This document shows, piece after piece, positions 8,928 through 18,163 of a DNA stretch of 64,000 bases. The translations under genes were made by a program, and so were the position numbers. The notes under the pieces are model-generated. The model had not been told where the DNA came from. It worked only from the letters and a program-made list of their open reading frames with translations, and searched no databases. Location: positions 15,583 to 79,582 of the forward strand of contig JAUYPI010000015.1 of NCBI GenBank assembly GCA_030697645.1, in the 5' to 3' direction. How positions within the stretch are numbered: position 1 is the stretch's first letter; the number at the start of each line of letters is the position of its first letter. The stretch is from a bacterium. GTDB taxonomy: Bacteria; Patescibacteriota; Minisyncoccia; Phycocordibacterales; VMGT01.

Positions 8928-10658
8928 ATGAGTTACCTTTCAGTATTAGCAGACAAGGGCTTGCTTAACTCAGAGGACCTCGCGGCCCTTGAAGAGGAGA
9001 TGGTCATCGCGCCCGAGAAGATTGAAGACGGGCTTGTCGCGCGCGGCGTCAGTGCTGAGCAGGTGCTCCGCGCGAAAGGCGGGTACTTCGGACTTCCCGT
9101 GCGTTCGATTTCGAACGAGAAAATCCCCGATGAGATATTGAAGTATATTCCACAGGAATCAGCCCGGCACTACCGCGTTCTACCGCTCGCGCTTGCGGAC
9201 GGCGTCCTTGAGGTCGGCATTGTTGATCCGGAGAATTTCGAGGCACGTGACGCGATTAGTTTCCTCGCGTCAAAAAATCATGTCCCGTTTAAATTTTTTC
9301 TCATATCGCGTGATGATTTTGATCGCGCACTGCGTACGTACGAAGGGCTCACCGCCCAGGTTGGGGAGGCACTCGAGGAGTACGAGACCGAGCTTGGCGG
9401 CGAGGAAGAGGCGATCAGCAAAGCCGCGGAGGATGTCTCGGGGGCGCCGCTTCCTGGGGGCGAGGTGACGACCATCGAGGAAGCGCCGGTGACGAAAATT
9501 GTTGCAACGATCCTTCGCTATGCGATTGAGGGCGGGGCTTCCGACGTCCATATCGAGCCCACGCTCGAGCGCGTACGGGTGCGGTTTCGCGTTGATGGCA
9601 TTTTGCACACGAGCCTCATTTTGCCGATTAAGGTGCACCGCGCCGTGGTAGCGAGGATCAAGGTGCTCTCGAACATAAAACTTGACGAAAAACGCAGACC
9701 GCAGGATGGTCGATTCTCCGCGCGTATCTCGGGGCGCAAGGTCGATTTTCGAGTTTCCTCTTTTCCAGCCTCCGGCGGCGAAAAGGTGGTGCTGCGCATC
9801 CTTGATCAGGAACGAGGTGTGAAGACACTCGAGGGGATCGGCATGCGCGACTCGCATCTCTCTCTCGTGCGGCAGGCGCTGAAGATGCCCTATGGCATGA
9901 TCCTCATCTCCGGTCCGACCGGTTCGGGAAAGTCAACGACGCTCTATGCGATGCTCCAGGAGGTGGATCGCGAGAAGCTGAACGTGGTGAGCCTTGAGGA
10001 CCCGGTAGAGTACCATATCGATGGCGTCGCGCAGTCGCAGGTGATGCCCGAGATCGGATTTACGTTCGCCTCGGGACTCCGTTCTGTACTGCGACAGGAC
10101 CCGGATGTCATCATGGTCGGCGAGATTCGCGACCGCGAGACCGCACAGCTTGCGATCCAGGCCGCGCTCACCGGACATATCGTTTTTTCGACGCTTCACA
10201 CGAACACCGCGGCAGGTGCCATACCGCGACTTATTGATATGGGGGTGGACCCCTATCTTATCGCGCCAACCGTGGTGCTCGTCGTCGCGCAGCGTCTGGT
10301 GCGCACACTCTGCGCCGGGGCGGGCCGTGCGGTCGCCATCGACGGTAGCATTAAACTGATGCTTGAGAAGCAGTTTGCCGACATGCCGAATGCGCATCGC
10401 GATAGGCTGCCTTTGGGAAAAGAAGTATACGAGGCATCGCCGACCCCCGAGTGCGCTTCGGGCGTGCGGGGACGCACCGCCGTCTTCGAGATGTTTCGTA
10501 TGACGAAAGAGCTTGAACGGGTGATTCTCGAAACGCCGACCGAGTCGAGTGTCTATCAACATGTGCGCGAGGTGCAAGGGATGCTCACCATGAAAGAGGA
10601 TGCTATACTGAAGTCATCCGAGCGTATCGTGCCGTTTGAGGAGGTAAATACACTGTGA
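8928..10658 (+). CDS. pilB: Type IV pilus assembly ATPase PilB (GspE family)
   Basis: Walker A LISGPTGSGKSTTLYAML, GspE N-terminal domain, Asp box, His box (HIVFSTLHTN) and the tetracysteine-region equivalent. Start taken at ATG 8928, just after the repeat; the ORF track extends to 8853 inside the repeat. Confidence 0.9.
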   Translation: MSYLSVLADKGLLNSEDLAALEEEMVIAPEKIEDGLVARGVSAEQVLRAKGGYFGLPVRSISNEKIPDEILKYIPQESARHYRVLPLALADGVLEVGIVDPENFEARDAISFLASKNHVPFKFFLISRDDFDRALRTYEGLTAQVGEALEEYETELGGEEEAISKAAEDVSGAPLPGGEVTTIEEAPVTKIVATILRYAIEGGASDVHIEPTLERVRVRFRVDGILHTSLILPIKVHRAVVARIKVLSNIKLDEKRRPQDGRFSARISGRKVDFRVSSFPASGGEKVVLRILDQERGVKTLEGIGMRDSHLSLVRQALKMPYGMILISGPTGSGKSTTLYAMLQEVDREKLNVVSLEDPVEYHIDGVAQSQVMPEIGFTFASGLRSVLRQDPDVIMVGEIRDRETAQLAIQAALTGHIVFSTLHTNTAAGAIPRLIDMGVDPYLIAPTVVLVVAQRLVRTLCAGAGRAVAIDGSIKLMLEKQFADMPNAHRDRLPLGKEVYEASPTPECASGVRGRTAVFEMFRMTKELERVILETPTESSVYQHVREVQGMLTMKEDAILKSSERIVPFEEVNTL

Positions 10659-10731
10659 GCTTGGAGAGTAGAGGGTAGACACGGATAAAACGGCACTGAG
10701 TTGCCCGTCCCACTTTCCACTTTCTCGTCAC

Positions 10732-11121
10732 ATGAGCGAAAATGAAAAACAAAAAAAGCAACTCCTGCTTATTGATGACGATGAGTTTCTCATTGATATG
10801 TACTCCACGAAGTTTACGGGGGCAGGGTTCGCTGTTATGGCGATGCGGAGCGTAGATGAGGCCCTCGGGAAGCTGCGTGAAGGGTACACACCTGCCATTA
10901 TCCTTCTTGATCTTGTCATGCCCACGGTTGGCGGCATTGCATTTTTGAAAGCGAGGCGAGATGAGCGCCTTGCGCCTGATGCGGTCGTCATTGTGCTCTC
11001 AAATCAGAGTGATGAGGCGCGCATCGAGGAGGCGAAGAAGCTTGGGGCGAAGGGATATATTTTGAAAGCGAACACCGTACCGTCGGAGGTATTAGAGCAG
11101 GTGCAGGCGCTTGCGGGTTAA
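10732..11121 (+). CDS. Single-domain response regulator (CheY/PilH-like receiver)
   Basis: 129 aa with receiver-domain acidic pocket residues (LLIDDDE...LLDLVMP) and a conserved K near the C-terminus. Sits between pilB and pilT. Confidence 0.7.
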   Translation: MSENEKQKKQLLLIDDDEFLIDMYSTKFTGAGFAVMAMRSVDEALGKLREGYTPAIILLDLVMPTVGGIAFLKARRDERLAPDAVVIVLSNQSDEARIEEAKKLGAKGYILKANTVPSEVLEQVQALAG

Positions 11122-11232
11122 TTTTCAATGCTCAATTTTCAATCAATTTACAATGGTCCAATTTTCAAACACGACGTCGTTCATCTATTGAAACATTGAA
11201 AATTGAAAATTAGAAATTGAAAATTTTCGTCT
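11122..11232. repeat. Hairpin-array element (AATTTTCAAT family)
   Basis: ttaattttcaatgctcaattttcaatcaatttacaatggtcc - aattttcaaacacgacgtcgttcatct - attgaaacattgaaaattgaaaattagaaattgaaaatt. Ends 9 nt before the pilT ATG. Confidence 0.8.
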
Positions 11233-12294
11233 ATGGATTACCACAAAGAATTCGAAAGGCTGGTGGAGATTATCTCGAATGAGAACGCGTCCGATCTCCA
11301 CCTTGCAGAAGGGCGTAACCCGATCATCCGCGTGGGGAGCTTCCTCGCGCCACTTTTGAAGTGGCCGGCACTCACGCGCGAGAACATGGAAGGCTATATG
11401 GGAGTTTTGCTATCGAAGAAGAATGAGGCACGATTCCTTGAAACGCGCGAGGTTGACTTTTCGTTTGGTTTACGCGACGTGATGCGTTTCCGCGGGAACG
11501 GGTACATGCAGCGGGGGCTTCTCTCGTTCGCGCTTCGCGTGATCCCGCGCGAAATCCGTACACTTGCGGAGCTCGGCCTTCCGCCGATACTCGAAACATT
11601 TGCGGGACGGCGGCAGGGGTTTTTTCTGGTTGTGGGGCCGGTGGGGCAGGGCAAGAGCACGACGCTCGCTTCGATGGTAGAGATCATTAACCGCACCCGC
11701 GCCGAGCATATCATCACGATCGAGGATCCAATCGAGTATATCTATGAACCCAAGAAGGCTATTATTGATCAGCGGGAAGTGCGCATTGATACCGGCGACT
11801 TCAAAACCGCCCTCCAATCAACATTCCGCCAGGATGTCAATGTGATTCTCGTCGGGGAGATGCGCGATCCTGAGACCATGGCGACGGCAGTGACCGCGGC
11901 GGAGACGGGACACCTCGTTTTCTCGACGCTCCACACGAATAATGCTTCACAGACCGTGGATCGCATCATTGACTCATTCCCAGCGACCCAGCAGGAGCAA
12001 ATCCGCACACAGCTTGCAGGATCGCTCCTCGGCATATTCTCGCAGCGGCTCCTGCCGCGGATCGCGGGCGGGCTCTCTCCGGCCTATGAGCTTCTCGTGA
12101 ATACCCCCGCGACTGCGAATCTCATCCGTGAGGGGCGGACCCATGAACTGCCCTCGGCCCTCGAGACCGGTTCCGAGCATGGGATGGTGGCGCTCAACCG
12201 CTCGCTCGCCGAACTCGTTGGCGCGGGAGAGATCTCGGTGGAGGATGCCTATACGCATTCGTATAATCCGCAGGCGTTGGAGAAGATGCTCTAA
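11233..12294 (+). CDS. pilT: Twitching motility ATPase PilT
   Basis: Walker A VVGPVGQGKSTTLASMV, followed by IITIEDPIEY and the AIRNLIRE-like region (ATANLIREGRTHEL). 353 aa. Confidence 0.9.
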   Translation: MDYHKEFERLVEIISNENASDLHLAEGRNPIIRVGSFLAPLLKWPALTRENMEGYMGVLLSKKNEARFLETREVDFSFGLRDVMRFRGNGYMQRGLLSFALRVIPREIRTLAELGLPPILETFAGRRQGFFLVVGPVGQGKSTTLASMVEIINRTRAEHIITIEDPIEYIYEPKKAIIDQREVRIDTGDFKTALQSTFRQDVNVILVGEMRDPETMATAVTAAETGHLVFSTLHTNNASQTVDRIIDSFPATQQEQIRTQLAGSLLGIFSQRLLPRIAGGLSPAYELLVNTPATANLIREGRTHELPSALETGSEHGMVALNRSLAELVGAGEISVEDAYTHSYNPQALEKML

Positions 12295-12359
12295 AACGAA
12301 ATTGCTCGACCTGTCACCTGTCGAGGCGGCATGGTTCAAGGTTGCCTGGAGGAGTGCCG

Positions 12360-12531
12360 GCACGAGAAATTTTCAATTTCCAATTTTCAATTTCCAATCA
12401 ATTTTTAATTACTCAATTTTCAAACACGTCGTCGCCATTGAGTCATTGAAGCATTGAAAATTTATTGAAAATTGCTCATTGAAAATTGAAAATTAAAAAT
12501 GTCTGCCTTTGGTTTCCCCCTTTAGCATTTC
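12360..12531. repeat. Hairpin-array element (AATTTTCAAT family)
   Basis: gaaattttcaatttccaattttcaatttccaatcaatttttaattactcaattttcaaacacgtcgtcgccattgagtc ... attgaaaatttattgaaaattgctcattgaaaattgaaaatt. Confidence 0.75.
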
Positions 12532-13773
12532 TTGCGATTGTCTAGGATTTTTGATACTGGTATGCTTTTTCGATACACTGCCTATGACGCGGCTGGTCAG
12601 GAGTGCTCGGGCGAAATTGAGGCCGTGAGTGCGGATATTGCGGTCGGCACACTCCAACACCGCGGGCTTGTGATCGCCTCCCTTGAGGAGGCGGCGGGTG
12701 GCGGGGGGCTTTTTGCGGCGAAGCTCACATTTTTCGACCGCGTTACCACCAAGGACCTCGTGATTCTCTCGCGGCAGATCGCGACTCTCTTCGAGGCGCG
12801 GATATCTGCGCTCCGTATATTTCAGATGCTCGCATCGGACGCGGAGAAGCCGATCCTCCAGCGGATATTAGGGCAGATTGTTTCTGACATCCAGGGTGGC
12901 AGCTCCCTGTCCATGGCACTGGGGAAACACCCACGGGTGTTTTCGGCGTTTTATATCAATATGGTCGCCGCTGGCGAGGAATCAGGGAAGATTAACGATG
13001 TCTTCATGTACCTCGCGGATTATTTTGACCGCTACTACCAGGTCACGGCAAAGATTCGCGGCGCGATGGTGTACCCTGCGTTCATTCTCACCGCCTTCGT
13101 GGGCGTGATGGTGCTCCTTCTGACGCAGGTCATCCCGCAGCTTGCGGACGTGCTGCGCGAGGCAGGGCAGGGAGTGCCTATCTACACACGGGTCGTTATC
13201 GGCATGAGCACCCTACTCGTTGACTACGGCGTGTTCGTGGCGGCTGGCGTGATTGGGCTTGGGTTTGCGCTCTGGCGGTATCGTGCCGCAGAGGGCGGCC
13301 GTGTGGCGTTTGACCGTCTTGAGATATCGGTCCCTATTTTTGGGCGTCTTTTCAAACTCCTCTATCTCTCGCGCATCGCTGACAATCTCCATACCATGCT
13401 TGCCGCGGGCGTCCCCATGGTGCGCGTGCTCGAGGTCTCATCATCGGTCGTCGACAACGTGGTCTACGAGACGATTCTCAAGGACGTCGTCGAGGCGGTG
13501 CGCGGCGGCGCGTCGGTCTCGGAGTCCTTCGGCCGCTACGAGGAGATACCCGGCATCATGGTGCAGATGATCAAGGTCGGCGAGGAGGCGGGAGAGGTAG
13601 GCACCATCCTGAAGACACTTGCGGTATTTTATCAGCGCGAAGTGAATAGCGCCGTCGACAGCTTGATTTCGCTTATTGAGCCGGCACTGGTCATGATCCT
13701 CGGCGGCGGCGTCGGCATCGTTGTTGCATCGGTGCTGATACCCATTTACAATATCGCGACGAGTATACAGTAG
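12532..13773 (+). CDS. pilC: Type IV pilus inner-membrane platform protein PilC (GspF family)
   Basis: Two GspF repeats with three TM segments. 12532 is a TTG; the first in-frame ATG is 12562 (MLFRYTAYDAAG) and is probably the true start. Confidence 0.85.
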   Translation: MRLSRIFDTGMLFRYTAYDAAGQECSGEIEAVSADIAVGTLQHRGLVIASLEEAAGGGGLFAAKLTFFDRVTTKDLVILSRQIATLFEARISALRIFQMLASDAEKPILQRILGQIVSDIQGGSSLSMALGKHPRVFSAFYINMVAAGEESGKINDVFMYLADYFDRYYQVTAKIRGAMVYPAFILTAFVGVMVLLLTQVIPQLADVLREAGQGVPIYTRVVIGMSTLLVDYGVFVAAGVIGLGFALWRYRAAEGGRVAFDRLEISVPIFGRLFKLLYLSRIADNLHTMLAAGVPMVRVLEVSSSVVDNVVYETILKDVVEAVRGGASVSESFGRYEEIPGIMVQMIKVGEEAGEVGTILKTLAVFYQREVNSAVDSLISLIEPALVMILGGGVGIVVASVLIPIYNIATSIQ

Positions 13774-13900
13774 AAGTCAATTTCCAATTTCCAAATTTTC
13801 AAATCTCAAACACGGAAAACGTTCGGGTTTGGAAATTGGAGCTTTGAGATTTGGAGATTGTTTGGAAATTGTAAATTTGGAACTTGGAAATTCGAGTCTT
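13774..13900. repeat. Hairpin-array element (arm ATTTCCAA / TTGGAAAT, core CAAACACGGAAAACGTTCGGGTTTGG)
   Basis: caatttccaatttccaaattttcaaatctcaaacacg...cgggtttggaaattggagctttgagatttggagattgtttggaaattgtaaatttggaacttggaaatt. Ends 6 nt before the secF ATG at 13901. Confidence 0.75.
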
Positions 13901-14812
13901 ATGTTCGTTATTCGCCACAAGTTATTTTTCATCATTTTTTCCACTACGCTCGTGGTGCTCTCGCTCGCGGCTGCGGCGATTTTTGGCGTGCGGCTCTCGA
14001 TTGATTTTACCGGCGGGACGCTCGTCGAGGTGAGCTATCCGGGCGGGAGGCCTTCTGTCGCGGAGTTTGAGGAGCGCTTGGGCGTGCTTGTGCTCGACAA
14101 TTTTTTGCTCCAGCCGGCAGGCGAGGGTGGCTACATACTGCGAACGAGGGAAATTCGGTCCGACGAGCGCGCGGCGCTCTTTGATGCGCTTTCATTCGGT
14201 GGCTCGCGCGAGGTCCGCGAGGAGCGATTTAGCGCGATTGGCCCTGCGGTTGGTGAGGAACTCAAGCGAAAGAGTGTCGTCGCGCTTGCGGTCGTCCTCG
14301 GCATGATTATTCTTTTCGTCGCGTGGGCGTTCCGCAGAGTATCAAAGCCGGTGCCGTCATGGAAGTATGGCACGGTGGCGGTGCTCACTCTTTTCCACGA
14401 TATCACCATCCCCATGGGTGTATTCGTGGTGCTTGGCAGGTTTGCTGGCGTTGAGATCGATATTCTTTTTGTTACCGCGCTGCTCGCCATCCTCGGGTAT
14501 TCGGTGAGCGACACGATTGTCATCTTTGATCGCATTCGCGAGAACCTGTTACATAACGAGGAGTACCGCGTGCGGGAGGAGTTCGCCGCGACGGTGGGCA
14601 AGAGCCTTGAGCAGACGTATGTACGCTCGATCAACCTTTCCATCACGACCGCGCTCGTGCTTGCGGCGCTTCTTGTCTTTGGCTCAAGCGCTCTGTGGCA
14701 CTTCGCGCTGGTACTCATGATCGGCGTCGTCGCCGGCAGCTACTCATCAATCTTCCTCGCGAGCCCACTCCTCGTCGTGCTTCGAGGCCGAGCGCAAGAA
14801 AAGAAAACGTAA
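13901..14812 (+). CDS. secF: Protein translocase subunit SecF (SecD/SecF family)
   Basis: Six-TM layout with the conserved SecDF motif GYSVSDTIVIFDRIREN. The 303-aa size fits SecF. Start taken at ATG 13901. Confidence 0.75.
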   Translation: MFVIRHKLFFIIFSTTLVVLSLAAAAIFGVRLSIDFTGGTLVEVSYPGGRPSVAEFEERLGVLVLDNFLLQPAGEGGYILRTREIRSDERAALFDALSFGGSREVREERFSAIGPAVGEELKRKSVVALAVVLGMIILFVAWAFRRVSKPVPSWKYGTVAVLTLFHDITIPMGVFVVLGRFAGVEIDILFVTALLAILGYSVSDTIVIFDRIRENLLHNEEYRVREEFAATVGKSLEQTYVRSINLSITTALVLAALLVFGSSALWHFALVLMIGVVAGSYSSIFLASPLLVVLRGRAQEKKT

Positions 14813-14860
14813 CTCACCTATACCGTCGCGGCTTGCTCGGCGGTTCGTGATTAAATTTTT

Positions 14861-14902
14861 GCATTTGCAATAACTCTGCGATCGCAGAGTTATTGCAAAT
14901 GC
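14861..14902. promoter_or_regulatory. 42-bp perfect palindrome GCATTTGCAATAACTCTGCG-AT-CGCAGAGTTATTGCAAATGC (GCGATCGC centre)
   Basis: Perfect dyad between the secF stop and gmhA. A near-identical copy lies at 40032..40073. It could be an operator or a terminator stem. Confidence 0.5.
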
Positions 14903-15025
14903 CACAAGTGACCACGCGTTGCTTTTCGCGTTTGCTTTTAGAGAGCGCAGCTGCTACTCTGCCTCATAGGTTGACCTTTTTTAAGATATATACGAGCCGA
15001 AACAACGAGACGAGGAGGAGAGCCC

Positions 15026-15631
15026 ATGGGACAGTTGGCGTGGAATTGCCAGTTTTTTCAGTACCTGCAACAGATCGATCAGCTCGCCGAGAAAATGCGG
15101 AACGATAAGGAGCTGGTTCGAAGCGTTGAGCATGCAACCCAGTGCCTGATTTCTACCCTGGGCACTGGCCACAAGATCCTCATTGCCGGCAATGGCGGCA
15201 GCGCGGCGCATGCGCAGCACTTTGCGGCCGAGCTCGTGGGTCGCTTTGCGAGGGCGCGACGGGCGCTGCCAGCACTCGCGCTCACGACCGACACCTCGAT
15301 CATCACGGCGTGGAGCAATGATTTTTCGTTTGAGGATGTGTTTGCGCGGCAGATCGAGGCGCTTGGCGCACAACGCGATATTTTTCTCGCCCTCTCAACG
15401 AGCGGTAATTCTTCGAACGTGATAGTCGCACAGAACGCGGCAAAGTTGCGAGGCCTTAGGATGCTGTGCCTTTTGGGCAAAGGCGGCGGCAAGCTTCTCG
15501 AAGCGTGTGAGCTCGAAGACTGTATTGTCGTGCCGTCGGACAACACGCAGCTTATCCAGGATGCGCATCAGTGGATTTTGCATCATTGGTGCGCGGCAAT
15601 TGATGAGGCGTTCTCGTCGATGGAGCGGTAG
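15026..15631 (+). CDS. gmhA: Phosphoheptose isomerase (SIS domain) GmhA
   Basis: SIS-domain motifs ILIAGNGGSAAHAQHFAAEL and FLALSTSGNSSNVI. About 190 aa. Confidence 0.7.
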   Translation: MGQLAWNCQFFQYLQQIDQLAEKMRNDKELVRSVEHATQCLISTLGTGHKILIAGNGGSAAHAQHFAAELVGRFARARRALPALALTTDTSIITAWSNDFSFEDVFARQIEALGAQRDIFLALSTSGNSSNVIVAQNAAKLRGLRMLCLLGKGGGKLLEACELEDCIVVPSDNTQLIQDAHQWILHHWCAAIDEAFSSMER

Positions 15632-15704
15632 GATGATTGCGCGGCTACTGCGGGACATCCGATGTCCCGCAGTTCTGTAAACCGGAAAAAACAAAAGGGG
15701 CGAA

Positions 15705-16703
15705 ATGATGAATAGCGGTGCGCAGGGGTTGAGAGACATTGTTCTATCCTGGCAGGGCAAGCGCATCGGGGTGATCGGCGACGTGATGCTCGACCACTAT
15801 ATTGAGGGCGAGGTCACAAGAATTTCCCCCGAGGCACCGGTGCCGATCGTGAACGTCAAGCGGGAGTGGTATGCCCCTGGCGGTGCGGCGAATGTTGCGG
15901 CGAATATCGCCTCACTCGGCGGGGAAGTTGAGCTCAGTGGCGTGATCGGCGTTGATGAGGCGGGGGACCAGCTGGTGCGTGAGCTTAAAAAGCGCGGTGT
16001 GAGTTTTCGCGCTACGTGTTTCCCCGACCGTCCCACAACGGAGAAGACCAGGATTCTGGTAGGCAATCAACAGTTGGTGCGCATTGATCGAGAAGCGTGT
16101 ACATCAGTTGATTCCGGGCGTATGCAGCAACTATGGAATGAGCTCGTGGATTGGAAGCAGGCGTGGGACGTGGTTGTAATTTCTGACTACGCGAAGGGCG
16201 TTCTCGCCACGGGTCTCCCTCCGCACATCATTGAATGTGCGCGTCGGCGTCAGAAGCCAGTCATCGGCGATGCGAAACCACAGAACATCAGGGCGTTTTA
16301 TGGCGCCACGGTTTTAATGCCGAACGAATTGGAGATGCGCGCCGTTTTAGAGGGGCTGCATGTCGAGAATTATTGCGCTGCTGCAAAGACGCTCGAGACT
16401 TTATTTTTGGTGACACTTGGCGAGAAAGGTATGGTGTCTGCTGACGCGGAGTCGATAGAGGAGTATCCGACGATACCACGCGATGTGTCCGATAATGTCG
16501 GCGCGGGCGATACTGCGACAGCGGCAGTTGCGCTTGCACTTGCCTTTGGTACCGCGATTCCTGACGCCGCTCGAATCGCAAACGCCGCCGCTGGTGTCGT
16601 CGTCGGCAAGCGTGGCACGGCAACGGTCTCGACCGATGAGCTGCTTGCGGCGCTTGATGAGATGGGCGTGCATGAAATGCACCCGCCGTCTCGGCCGTCG
16701 TGA
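15705..16703 (+). CDS. hldE: D-beta-D-heptose 7-phosphate kinase (RfaE/HldE domain I, PfkB family)
   Basis: PfkB carbohydrate-kinase pattern GVIGDVMLDHYIEGEVTRISPEAPVPIV...GGAANVA with a C-terminal GAGDT motif (VGAGDTATAA). Sits next to gmhA. Confidence 0.75.
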   Translation: MMNSGAQGLRDIVLSWQGKRIGVIGDVMLDHYIEGEVTRISPEAPVPIVNVKREWYAPGGAANVAANIASLGGEVELSGVIGVDEAGDQLVRELKKRGVSFRATCFPDRPTTEKTRILVGNQQLVRIDREACTSVDSGRMQQLWNELVDWKQAWDVVVISDYAKGVLATGLPPHIIECARRRQKPVIGDAKPQNIRAFYGATVLMPNELEMRAVLEGLHVENYCAAAKTLETLFLVTLGEKGMVSADAESIEEYPTIPRDVSDNVGAGDTATAAVALALAFGTAIPDAARIANAAAGVVVGKRGTATVSTDELLAALDEMGVHEMHPPSRPS

Positions 16704-16786
16704 GGCGGCGAAAAATCGTCCTCCAAGCCTGTAAAACGTTACGGGGCAGCTTCTTATTCTAAGAAGCTGCCCCCCTTTTTCGATCT

Positions 16787-17962
16787 TTACGCGAGGAGCT
16801 CAGCGAAGCGACGCCTGTCTTCTATATGCTGCCGAAGGTATTGCATGTAGGGAGTTCCGCCCGTCCCGACATCAGATCGGTTGTATGCACTCGAGTGCGC
16901 CGTCTGATCCTGAATGTAACGTTGCGGATAGCCGAAGTGTATTTCGGAAAATTCCACCATGAGCATCAGAGAGCGATGGAGTTCCTCGCACAGTGCCGGG
17001 TACGTCCTCTGGCAGCCAAGCGCGTAGAGGAGGAGCGATTCGTCTCCTTGTTGGGTCAGAATGGCGAGATCCTTGAGATACTGCCGATGGTGCGATGGCA
17101 TATAATTTGGCATGTCCCGCAAATACTCAGCGAATGCTCCGTCAGTTCGGTGCGGGATGCCAAAAGCGCAGTCGAGAGCAGGAACGATGAGACTTTGTGA
17201 TCCGCTCTCGCCCCAGAAATCCTGCGGTACGTCATCCCAAAAACCGCTGTAGATGACGGGGTGCAGGCGGAAACCCTGGATGTACGGACGCACCATGCTG
17301 AAATACGCTCCCGGATTACAGTGCTCGGGCATGCGTCTGAGGTGCGCATTCATTTTTTCGAGGATCCCTGCGCATTCCCTCAAGAGTGTAATCATCCTTA
17401 CTGCGTCATCGGCAATCCGCGCGTGGTGGAGTTCGGCGAGGAGCGACGGGATCCGTGCGGCAGACGCTTCAATGGCAACATGGATTGCGTTAAACCATCT
17501 GGCATCTTCTGTGCGCAGAAAATACTGCTGCAGTTCGATGTTGTCCGGCTCCAGTTTTCCGTCCGGATCAATGAGCTCCCAGTTCCAGAGCAGGAACGGC
17601 GCGTAGGAGAGAATGGACTTCATGCCGAGACGCCTCGCAAGGTAGACGAGGACTGCTGAGAGCGGTGACTTGATGGACGCCGTCGGAGGCGTCGCACCCC
17701 ATACCCACGCGGCTCCGAGAAATGTTGCCGTGCGGAATAAAAGACGCGCCTGTGCCGGCGGCATCGGTTTCTCCAATGCTTTCTTCGTTATCGCAAGTCG
17801 TGCGATTTCGTCGCACGCGGTGCCGCGGAGGAGGAGCTCGGGAAGGCGTTGTGCAACTTCGAGCCATTCGTCGAACGGCGGTTGTAGGCTATCGGCGCAT
17901 CGCTGAAGGCAGCCAAGCTCTGTGTCGATACCGTAGAGTTCCGAGAAGATTTTGTGATCCAC
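16787..17962 (-). CDS. Indoleamine 2,3-dioxygenase (IDO)-family heme dioxygenase homolog
   Basis: FWDDVPQDFWGESGSQSLIVPALDCAFGI...EYLRDMPNYMPSHHRQYLKDL matches the IDO core FWEDPKEFAGGSAGQSS..FDVLLGI...FLQDMRRYMPPAHRNFL, including the proximal His region. 391 aa. The family match is from memory, not a search. Confidence 0.65.
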   Translation of the reverse strand: MDHKIFSELYGIDTELGCLQRCADSLQPPFDEWLEVAQRLPELLLRGTACDEIARLAITKKALEKPMPPAQARLLFRTATFLGAAWVWGATPPTASIKSPLSAVLVYLARRLGMKSILSYAPFLLWNWELIDPDGKLEPDNIELQQYFLRTEDARWFNAIHVAIEASAARIPSLLAELHHARIADDAVRMITLLRECAGILEKMNAHLRRMPEHCNPGAYFSMVRPYIQGFRLHPVIYSGFWDDVPQDFWGESGSQSLIVPALDCAFGIPHRTDGAFAEYLRDMPNYMPSHHRQYLKDLAILTQQGDESLLLYALGCQRTYPALCEELHRSLMLMVEFSEIHFGYPQRYIQDQTAHSSAYNRSDVGTGGTPYMQYLRQHIEDRRRFAELLA

Positions 17963-18163
17963 TGGCTACTCCTTTAAGGAAGAGTGGTTATTGTCGGGTG
18001 GGGAACAGACGCTCACCATATGCTAGCGATTCTTGTTTTTTTTGTCAATCATAGGACATACGGTCGGCGATCAGGACACGTGTAACGATGGCACTTGATC
18101 GCCTCGAAATAGAGGCGGTCGTAGAGGAAGTTGCGAACATGATCTTCGGCGGTCACCTGGACG

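Noticed and set aside
9270-9857. 195-aa minus-strand ORF (and 9933..10577, 9518..9799) inside pilB
   Set aside because: They are antisense to a well-supported PilB CDS with Walker motifs, and their products are Arg/Ser-rich with no motifs. This is typical of spurious ORFs in high-GC DNA.
6617-13900. Possibility that the AATTTTCAAT repeat arrays are CRISPR arrays
   Set aside because: Units are 8-10 nt and occur as direct copies followed by their own inverse around a core. There are no unique spacers of 25-40 nt, no leader, and no cas genes, so they form hairpins rather than repeat-spacer arrays.
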